Shown here one piece after another: positions 51,901 to 64,000 of a DNA stretch of 64,000 nt (position 1 is the first letter of the stretch; the number at the start of each line of letters is the position of its first letter). The position numbers and the translations under genes were made by a program. The DNA lies in the NCBI GenBank assembly GCA_964016885.1, contig OZ024750.1, positions 34,348,001 to 34,412,000 of the forward strand. Reading direction: 5' to 3'. This DNA comes from Eledone cirrhosa (taxonomy: Eukaryota). The notes below the pieces were generated by a model, which did no database searches, had not been told where the DNA came from, and worked only from the letters and a program-made list of their open reading frames with translations.

Positions 51901-54900
51901 TATTGTAGTAATCATCACCATCACAGTACATACTATTGTAGCTATCATCACCATCACAGTACATACTATTGTAGTAATCATCACCATCACAGTACATACT
52001 ATTGTAGTAATCATCACCATCACAGTACATACTATTGTAGCTATCATCACCATCACAGTACATACTATTGTAGCCATCATCACCATCACAGTACATACCA
52101 TTGTAGCTGTCATCACCATCACAGTACATACCATTGTAGCTACCATCACCATCACAGTACATACTATTGTAGCTACCATCACCATCACAGTACATACTAT
52201 TGTAGCTATCATCACCATCACAGTACATACCATTGTAGCCATCATCACAATCACAGTACATACTATTGTAGCCATCATCACCATCACAGTACATACTATT
52301 GTAGCCATCATCACCATCACAGTACATACTATTGTAGCTATCATCACCATCACAGTACATACTATTGTAGCTATCATCACCATCACAGTACATACCATTG
52401 TAGCCATCATCACCATCACAGTACATACTATCGTAGCCATCATCACCATCACAGTACATACTATTGTAGCTGTCATCACCATCACAGTACATACTATTGT
52501 AGCTACCATCACCATCACAATACATACTATTGTAGCTATCATCACCATCACAGTACATACTATTGTAGCTATCATCACCATCACAGTACATACTATTGTA
52601 GCTATCATCACCATCACGGTACATATTATTGTAGCTATCATCACCATCACAGTACATACCATTGTAGCCATCATCACCATCACAGTACATACCATTGTAG
52701 CCATCATCACCATCACAGTACATACTATTGTAGCTATCATCACCATCACAGTACATACTATTGTAGCCATCATCACCATCACAGTACATACCATTGTAGC
52801 CATCATCACCATCACAGTACATACCATTGTAGCCATCATCACATTCACAGTACATACTATTGTAGCTGTCATCACCATCACAGTACATACTATTGTAGCT
52901 ATCATCACCATCACAGTACATACTATTGTAGCCATCACCATCACAGTACATACTATTGTAGCCATCATCACCATCACAGTACATACTATTGTAGCTGTCA
53001 TCACCATCACAGTACATACTATTGTAGCTACCATCACCATCACAGTACATACTATTGTAGCTATCATCACCATCACAGTACATACTATTGTAGCTATCAT
53101 CACTATCACAGTACATACTATTGTAGCTATCATCACCATCACAGTACATACTATTGTAGCCGTCATCACCATCACAGTACATACTATTGTAGCTACCATC
53201 ACGATCACAGTACATACTATTGTAGCCATCATCACCACCACAGTACATACTATTGTAGCCATCATCACCATCACAGTACATATTATTGTAGCTATCATCA
53301 CCATCACAGTACATACCATTGTAGCCATCATCACCATCACAGTACATACTATTGTAGCTATCATCACCATCACAGTACATACCATTGTAGCCATCATCAC
53401 CATCACAGTACATACTATTGTAGCTATCATCACCATCACAGTACATACTATTGTAGCCATCATCACCATCACAGTACATACTATTGTAGCTATCATCACC
53501 ATCACAGTACATACTATTGTAGCCATCATCACCATCACAGTACATACCATTGTAGCCATCATCACCATCACAGTACGTACTATTGTAGCTATCATCACCA
53601 TCACAGTACATACTATTGTAGCCATCATCACCATCACAGTACATACTATTGTAGCTATCATCACCATCACAGTACATACTATTGTAGCCATCATCACCAT
53701 CACAGTACATACTATTGTAGCCATCATCACCATCACAGTACATACTATTGTAGCCACCATCACCATCACAGTACATACTATTGTAGCTACCATCACCATC
53801 ACAGTACATACTATTGTACCTACCATCACCATCACAGTACATACTATTGTAGCCATCATCACCATCACAGTACATATTATTGTAGCCATCATCACCATCA
53901 CAGTACATACTATTATAGCCATCATCACCATCACAGTACATACTATTGTAGCCATCATCACCATCACAGTACATACTATTGTAGCTACCATCACCATCAC
54001 AGTACATACTATTGTAGCTGTCATCACCATCACAGTACATACTATTGTAGCTACCATCACCATCACAGTACATACTATTGTAGCTATCATCACCATCACA
54101 CTACATACTATTGTAGCTGTCATCACCATCACAGTACATACTATTGTAGCTACCATCACCATCACAGTACATACTATTTTAGCCATCATCACCATCACAG
54201 TACATACTATTGTAGCCATCATCACCATCACAGTACATACTATTGTAGCCATCATCACCATCACAGTACATACTATTGTAGCCATCATCACCATCACAGT
54301 ACATATTATTGTAGCTATCATCACCATCACAGTACATACCATTGTAGCCATCATCACAATCACAGTACATACTATTGTAGCCATCATCACCATCACAGTA
54401 CATACTATTGTAGCCATCATCAAAATCACAGTACATACTATTGTAGCCATCATCACCATCACAGTACATACCATTGTAGCCATCATCACCATCACAGTAC
54501 ATACCATTGTAGCCATCATCACCATCACAGTACATACTATTGTAGCCATTATCACCATCACAGTACATACCATTGTAGCTGTCATCACCATCACAGTACA
54601 TACTATTGTAGCTATCATCACCATCACAGTACATACTATTGTAGCCATCATCACCATCACAGTACATACTATTGTAGCTATCATCACCATCACAGTACAT
54701 ACTATTGTAGCCATTATCACCATCACAGTACATACTATTGTAGCTATCATCACCATCACAGTACATACTATTGTAGCTATCATCACCATCACAGTACATA
54801 CTATTGTAGCCATCACCATCACAGTACATACTATTGTAGCCATCATCACCATCACAGTACATACTATTGTAGCTATCATCACCATCACAGTACATACTAT

Positions 54901-57900
54901 TGTAGCCATCACCATCACAGTACATACCATTGTAGCCATCATCACCATCACAGTACATACCATTGTAGCCATCATCACCATCACAGTACATACTATTGTA
55001 GCTATCATTACCATCACAGTACATACTATTGTAGCCATCATCACCATCACAGTACATACTATTGTAGCCATCATCACCATCACAGTACATACTATTGTAG
55101 CCATCATCACCATCACAGTACATACTATTGTAGCTATCATCACCATCACAGTACATACTATTGTAGCTATCATCACCATCACAGTACATACCATTGTAGC
55201 CAACATCACCATCACAGTACATACTATTGTAGCTATCATCACCATCACAGTACATACCATTGTAGCCATTATCACCATCACAGTACATACTATTGTAGCT
55301 GTCATCACCATCACAGTACATACCATTGTAGCCATCATCACCATCACAGTACATACTATTGTAGCCATCATCACCATCACAGTACATACTATTGTAGCCA
55401 TCATCACCATCACAGTACATACTATTGTAGCCATCATCACCATCACAGTACATACTATTGTAGCCATCATCACCATCACAGTACATACTATTGTAGCCAT
55501 CATCACCATCACACTACATACCATTGTAGCCATCATCACCATCACAGTACATACTATTGTAGCTATCATCACCATCACAGTACATACTATTGTAGCTACC
55601 ATCACCATCACAGTACATACTATTGTAGCTGTCATCACCATCACAGTACATACTATTGTAGCTATCATCACCATCACAGTACATACTATTGTAGCTACCA
55701 TCACCATCACAGTACATACCATTGTAGCCATCATCACCATCACAGTACATACTATTGTAGCTGTCATCACCATCACAGTACATACTATTGTAGCTACCAT
55801 CACCATCACAGTACATACTATTGTAGCTATCATCACCATCACAGTACATACTATTGTAGCTGTCATCACCATCACAGTACATACTATTGTAGCTACCATC
55901 ACCATCACAGTACATACTATTGTAGCCATCATCACCATCACAGTACATACTATTGTAGCCATCATCACCATCACAGTACATATTATTGTAGCTATCATCA
56001 CCATCACAGTACATACCATTGTAGCCATCATCACAATCACAGTACATACTATTGTAGCCATCATCACCATCACAGTACATACTATTGTAGCCATCACCAT
56101 CACAGTACATACCATTGTAGCCATCATCAAAATCACAGTACATGCTATTGTAGCCATCATCACCATCACAGTACATACCATTGTAGCCATCATCACCATC
56201 ACAGAACATACCATTGTAGCTATCATCACCATCACAGTACATACTATTGTAGCCATTATCACCATCACAGTACATACCATTGTAGCTGTCATCACCATCA
56301 CAGTACATACTATTGTAGCTATCATCACCATCACAGTACATACTATTGTAGCCATCATCACCATCACAGTACATACTATGTAGCTATCATCACCATCACA
56401 GTACATACTATTGTAGCCATCATCACCATCACAGTACATATTATTGTAGCTATCATCACCATCACAGTACATACTATTGTAGCCATCATCACCATCACAG
56501 TACATACCATTGTAGCCATCATCACCATCACAGTACATACTATTGTAGCTACCATCACCATCACAGTACATACTATTGTAGTCATCATCACCATCACAGT
56601 ACATACTATTGTAGCCATCATCACCATCACAGTACTTACCATTGTAGCCATCATCACCATCACAGTACATACTATTGTAGCCATCATCACCATCACAGTA
56701 CATATTATTGTAGCTATCATCACCATCACAGTACATACTATTGTAGCTATCATCACCATCACAGTACATACTATTGTAGCTATCATCACCATCACAGTAC
56801 ATACTATTGTAGCCATCATCACCATCACAGTACATACTATTGTAGCTGTCATCACCATCACAGTACATACTATTGTAGCCATCACCATCACAGTACATAC
56901 TATTGTAGCCATCATCACCATCACAGTACATACTATTGTAGCCATCATCACCATCACAGTACATACTATTGTAGCTATCATCACCATCACAGTACATACT
57001 ATTGTAGCTATCATCACCATCTCAGTACATACTATTGTAGCCATCATCACCATCACAGTACATACTATTGTAGCTGTCATCACCATCACAGTACATACTA
57101 TTGTAGCCATCACCATCACAGTACATACTATTGTAGCCATCATCACCATCACAGTACATACTATTGTAGCCATCATCACCATCACAGTACATACTATTGT
57201 AGCTATGATCACCATCACAGTACATACTATTGTAGCCATCACCATCACAGTACATACTATTGTAGCTATCATCACCATCACAGTACATACTATTGTAGCC
57301 ATCATCACCATCACAGTACATACTATTGTAGCCATCATCACCATCACAGTACATACTATTGTAGCCATCATCACCATCACAGTACATACTATTGTAGCTA
57401 TCATCACCATCACAGTACATACCATTGTAGCCATCATCACCATCACAGTACATACTATTGTAGCTATCATCACCATCACAGTACATACTATTGTAGCCAT
57501 CATCACCATCACAGTACATACTATTGTAGCCATCATCACCATCACAGTACATACTATTGTAGCCATCATCACCATCACAGTACATACTATTGTAGCCATC
57601 ATCACCATCACAGTACATACTATTGTAGCTATCATCACCATCACAGTACATACCATTGTAGCCATCATCACCATCACAGTACATACTATTGTAGCTATCA
57701 TCACCATCACAGTACATACTATTGTAGCCATCATCACCATCACAGTACATACTATTGTAGCCATCATCACCATCACAGTACATACTATTGTAGCCATCAC
57801 CATCACAGTACATACTATTGTAGCCATCATCACCATCACAGTACATACTATTGTAGCCATCATCACCATCACAGTACATACTATTGTAGCCATCATCACC

Positions 57901-60900
57901 ATCACAGTACATACTATTGTAGCTATCATCACCATCACAGTACATACTATTGTAGCCATCACCATCACAGTACATACTATTGTAGCCATCATCACCATCA
58001 CAGTACATACTATTGTAGCCATCACCATCACAGTACATACTATTGTAGCCATCATCACCATCACAGTACATACTATTGTAGCTGTCATCACCATCACAGT
58101 ACATACTATTGTAGCTATCATCACCATCACAGTACATACTATTGTAGCCATCATCACCATCACAGTACATACTATTGTAGCCATCATCACCATCACAGTA
58201 CATACTATTGTAGCCATCACCATCACAGTACATACTATTGTAGCTACCATCACCATCACAGTACATACTATTGTAGCTGTCATCACCATCACAGTACATA
58301 CTATTGTAGCTGTCATCACCATCACAGTACATACTATTGTAGCCACCATCACAGTACATACTATTGTAGCTACCATCACCATCACAGTACATACTATTGT
58401 AGCCATCATCACCATCACAGTACATACTATTGTACCCAACATCCCCATCACAGTACATACTATTGTAGCTATCATCACCATCACAGTACATACTATTGTA
58501 GCTGTCATCACTATCACAGTACATACTATTGTAGCTGTCATCACCATCACAGTACATACTATTGTAGCTACCATCACCATCACAGTACATACTATTGTAG
58601 CTGTCATCACCATCTCAGTACATACTATTGTAGCTATCATCACCATCACAGTACATACTATTGTAGCTATCATCACCATCACAGTACATACTATTGTAGC
58701 CATCATCACCATCACAGTACATACTATTGTAGCTATCATCACCATCACAGTACATACCATTGTAGCCATCATCACCATCACAGTACATACTATTGTAGCT
58801 ATCATCACCATCACAGTACATACTATTGTAGCTGTCATCACCATCACAGTACATACTATTGTAGCTACCATCACCATTACAGTACATACTATTGTAGCCA
58901 TCATCACCATCACAGTACATACCATTGTAGCCATCATCACCATCACAGTACATACTATTGTAGCCATCATCACCATCACAGTACATACTATTGTAGCCAT
59001 CATCACCATCACAGTACATACTATTGTAGCCATCATCACCATCACAGTACATACTATTGTAGCTATCATCACCATCACAGTACATACCATTGTAGCCATC
59101 ATCACCATCACAGTACATACTATTGTAGCCATCATCACCATCACAGTACATATTATTGTAGCTATCATCACCATCACAGTACATACTATTGTAGCCATCA
59201 TCACCATCACAGTACATACCATTGTAGCCATCATCACCATCACAGTACATACTATTGTAGCTACCATCACCATCACAGTACATACTATTGTAGCCATCAT
59301 CACCATCACAGTACATACTATTGTAGCCATCATCACCATCACGGTACATACCATTGTAGCTGTCATCACCATCACAGTACATACTATTGTAGCCATCATC
59401 ACCATCACAGTACATATTATTGTAGCTATCATCACCATCACAGTACATACTATTGTAGATATCATCACCATCACAGTACATACTATTGTAGCTATCATCA
59501 CCATCACAGTACATACTATTGTAGCCATCATCACCATCACAGTACATACTATTGTAGCTATCATCACCATCACAGTACATACTATTGTAGCCATCATCAC
59601 CATCACAGTACATACTATTGTAGCTATCATCACCATCACAGTACATACTATTGTAGCCATCATCACCATCACAGTACATACCATTGTAGCTGTCATCACC
59701 ATCACAGTACATACTATTGTAGCCATCATCACCATCACAGTACATACTATTGTAGCCATCATCACCATCACAGTACATACTATTGTAGCCATCATCACCA
59801 TAACAGTACATATTATTGTAGCTATCATCACCATCACAATACATACTATTGTAGCTATCATCACCATCACAGTACATACTATTGTAGCTATCATCACCAT
59901 CACAGTACATACCATTGTAGCCAACATCACCATCACAGTACATACTATTGTAGCTATCATCACCATCACAGTACATACCATTGTAGCCATCATCACCATC
60001 ACAGTACATACTATTGTAGCTGTCATCACCATCACAGTACATACCATTGTAGCCATCATCACCATCACAGTACATACTATTGTAGCCATCATCACCATCA
60101 CAGTACATACTATTGTAGCCATCATCACCATCACAGTACATACTGTTGTAGCCATCATCACCATCACAGTACATATTATTGTAGCCATCATCACCATCAC
60201 AGTACATACTATTGTAGCCATCATCACCATCACAGTACATACTATTGTAGCTATCATCACCATCACAGTACATACTATTGTAGCTATCATCACCATCACA
60301 GTACATACCATTGTAGCCATCATCACCATCACAGTACATACTATTATAGCTGTCATCACCATCACAGTACATACTATTGTAGCCATCATCACCATCACAG
60401 TACATACTATTGTAGCGATCATCACCATCACAGTTCATACTATTGTAGCTATCATCACCATCACAGTACATACTATTATAGCCATCACCATCACAGTACA
60501 TACTTTTGTAGCCATCATCACCATCACAGTACATACTATTGTAGCCATCATCACCATCACAGTACATACTATTGTAGCTATCATCACCATCACAGTACAT
60601 ACTATTGTAGCCATCATCACCATCACAGTACATACTATTGTAGCCATCATCACCATCACAGTACATACTATTGTAGCCATCATCACCATCACAGTACATA
60701 CTATTGTAGCTATCATCACCATCACAGTACATACTATTGTAGCTATCATCACCATCACAGTACATACCATTGTAGCCAACATCACCATCACAGTACATAC
60801 TATTGTAGCTATCATCACCATCACAGTACATACCATTGTAGCCATTATCACCATCACAGTACATACTATTGTAGCTGTCATCACCATCACAGTACATACC

Positions 60901-63900
60901 ATTGTAGCCATCATCACCATCACAGTACATACTATTGTAGCCATCATCACCATCACAGTACATACTATTGTAGCCATCATCACCATCACAGTACATACTA
61001 TTGTAGCCATCATCACCATCACAGTACATACTATTGTAGCCATCATCACCATCACAGTACATACTATTGTAGCCATCATCACCATCACACTACATACCAT
61101 TGTAGCCATCATCACCATCACAGTACATACTATTGTAGCTATCATCACCATCACAGTGCATACTATCGTAGCTACCATCACCATCACAGTACATACTATT
61201 GTAGCTGTCATCACCATCACAGTACATACTATTGTAGCTATCATCACCATCACAGTACATACTATTGTAGCTACCATCACCATCACAGTACATACCATTG
61301 TAGCCATCATCACCATCACAGTACATACTATTGTAGCTGTCATCACCATCACAGTACATACTATTGTAGCTACCATCACCATCACAGTACATACTATTGT
61401 AGCTATCATCACCATCACAGTACATACTATTGTAGCTGTCATCACCATCACAGTACATACTATTGTAGCTACCATCACCATCACAGTACATACTATTGTA
61501 GCCATCATCACCATCACAGTACATACTATTGTAGCCATCATCACCATCACAGTACATATTATTGTAGCTATCATCACCATCACAGTACATACCATTGTAG
61601 CCATCATCACAATCACAGTACATACTATTGTAGCCATCATCACCATCACAGTACATACTATTGTAGCCATCACCATCACAGTACATACCATTGTAGCCAT
61701 CATCAAAATCACAGTACATGCTATTGTAGCCATCATCACCATCACAGTACATACCATTGTAGCCATCATCACCATCACAGTACATACCATTGTAGCTATC
61801 ATCACCATCACAGTACATACTATTGTAGCCATTATCACCATCACAGTACATACCATTGTAGCTGTCATCACCATCACAGTACATACTATTGTAGCTATCA
61901 TCACCATCACAGTACATACTATTGTAGCCATCATCACCATCACAGTACATACTATGTAGCTACCATCACCATCACAGTACATACTATTGTAGTCATCATC
62001 ACCATCACAGTACATACTATTGTAGCCATCATCACCATCACAGTACTTACCATTGTAGCCATCATCACCATCACAGTACATACTATTGTAGCCATCATCA
62101 CCATCACAGTACATATTATTGTAGCTATCATCACCATCACAGTACATACTATTGTAGCTATCATCACCATCACAGTACATACTATTGTAGCTATCATCAC
62201 CATCACAGTACATACTATTGTAGCTACCATCACCATCACAGTACATACTATTGTAGCTATCATCACCATCACAGTACATACTATTGTAGCTATCATCACC
62301 ATCTCAGTACATACTATTGTAGCCATCATCACCATCACAGTACATACTATTGTAGCTGTCATCACCATCACAGTACATACTATTGTAGCCATCACCATCA
62401 CAGTACATACTATTGTAGCCATCATCACCATCACAGTACATACTATTGTAGCCATCATCACCATCACAGTACATACTATTGTAGCCATCATCACCATCAC
62501 AGTACATACTATTGTAGCCATCATCACCATCACAGTACATACTATTGTAGCCATCATCACCATCACAGTACATACTATTGTAGCCATCATCACCATCACA
62601 GTACATACTATTGTAGCCATCACCATCACAGTACATACTATTGTAGCCATCATCACCATCACAGTACATACTATTGTAGCCATCATCACCATCACAGTAC
62701 ATACTATTGTAGCCATCATCACCATCACAGTACATACTATTGTAGCCATCATCACCATCACAGTACATACTATTGTAGCTATCATCACCATCACAGTACA
62801 TACCATTGTAGCCATCATCACCATCACAGTACATACTATTGTAGCTATCATCACCATCACAGTACATACTATTGTAGCCATCATCACCATCACAGTACAT
62901 ACTATTGTAGCTATCATCACCATCACAGTACATACTATTGTAGCCATCATCACCATCACAGTACATACTATTGTAGCTATCATCACCATCACAGTACATA
63001 CTATTGTAGCCATCATCACCATCACAGTACATACTATTGTAGCCATCATCACCATCACAGTACATACTATTGTAGCCATCACCATCACAGTACATACTAT
63101 TGTAGCCATCATCACCATCACAGTACATACTATTGTAGCCATCACCATCACAGTACATACTATTGTAGCCATCATCACCATCACAGTACATACTATTGTA
63201 GCTGTCATCACCATCACAGTACATACTATTGTAGCTATCATCACCATCACAGTACATACTATTGTAGCCATCATCACCATCACAGTACATACTATTGTAG
63301 CCATCATCACCATCACAGTACATACTATTGTAGCCATCACCATCACAGTACATACTATTGTAGCTACCATCACCATCACAGTACATACTATTGTAGCTGT
63401 CATCACCATCACAGTACATACTATTGTAGCTGTCATCACCATCACAGTACATACTATTGTAGCTACCATCACCATCACAGTACATACTATTGTAGCTACC
63501 ATCACCATCACAGTACATACTATTGTAGCCATCATCACCATCACAGTACATACTATTGTACCCAACATCCCCATCACAGTACATACTATTGTAGCTATCA
63601 TCACCATCACAGTACATACTATTGTAGCTGTCATCACTATCACGGTACATACTATTGTAGCTGTCATCACCATCACAGTACATACTATTGTAGCTACCAT
63701 CACCATCACAGTACATACTATTGTAGCTATCATCACCATCACAGTACATACTATTGTAGCTATCATCACCATCACAGTACATACTATTGTAGCCATCATC
63801 ACCATCACAGTACATACTATTGTAGCTATCATCACCATCACAGTACATACCATTGTAGCCATCATCACCATCACAGTACATACTATTGTAGCTATCATCA

Positions 63901-64000
63901 CCATCACAGTACATACTATTGTAGCTGTCATCACCATCACAGTACATACTATTGTAGCTACCATCACCATCACAGTACATACTATTGTAGCCATCATCAC
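45975..64000. repeat. Satellite, 30-bp unit CATCACCATCACAGTACATACTATTGTAGC(CAT/TAT/TGT/TAC variants); runs off the right edge of the window
   Basis: About 600 tandem copies, occasional 27-bp units. Confidence 0.98.

Noticed and set aside
45872-64000. Giant ORFs (MYCDGDDSYNS, TIVCTVMVMMA and HTIVAIITITV repeats) as structural or metal-binding proteins
   Set aside because: A 30-bp unit leaves several frames open on both strands at once. Frameshifts and stops are scattered through the array, and there is no signal peptide or unique domain.

Overview
Eukaryotic, AT-rich, repeat-dominated DNA with no confidently identifiable host gene. The repeat inventory ((TA)n/(TATG)n tracts, RTE LINEs with (GAT)n tails, tRNA-derived SINEs) suggests a cephalopod/octopus genome; this is an inference. 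About half of the window is three large satellites: a 26/28-bp unit at 1-11916, a ~38-44-bp unit at 41330-45675, and a 30-bp unit at 45975-64000. These satellites and the simple repeats produce nearly all the long ORFs in the track. The interval 12-41 kb is a patchwork of RTE and CR1-like LINE fragments, two SINE families, MITEs, minisatellites and microsatellites. The most interesting signal is a set of at least eight minimal type-I hammerhead-ribozyme motifs (stem I-CUGANGA-stem II-GAAA-short palindromic helix III-UH-stem I'). Several lie inside fold-back inverted repeats flanked by (TA)n and are followed by AATAAA. This matches the pseudo-LTR architecture of Penelope-like elements, but no Penelope ORF is visible here. 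Other points of note are inversion breakpoints that fall inside ribozyme stem II, a SINE/LINE pair sharing a 3' end, an inverted pair of tandem Pol III SINE-head arrays, and kb-scale higher-order structure in the satellites. All folds were paired by eye; nothing was computed or searched.
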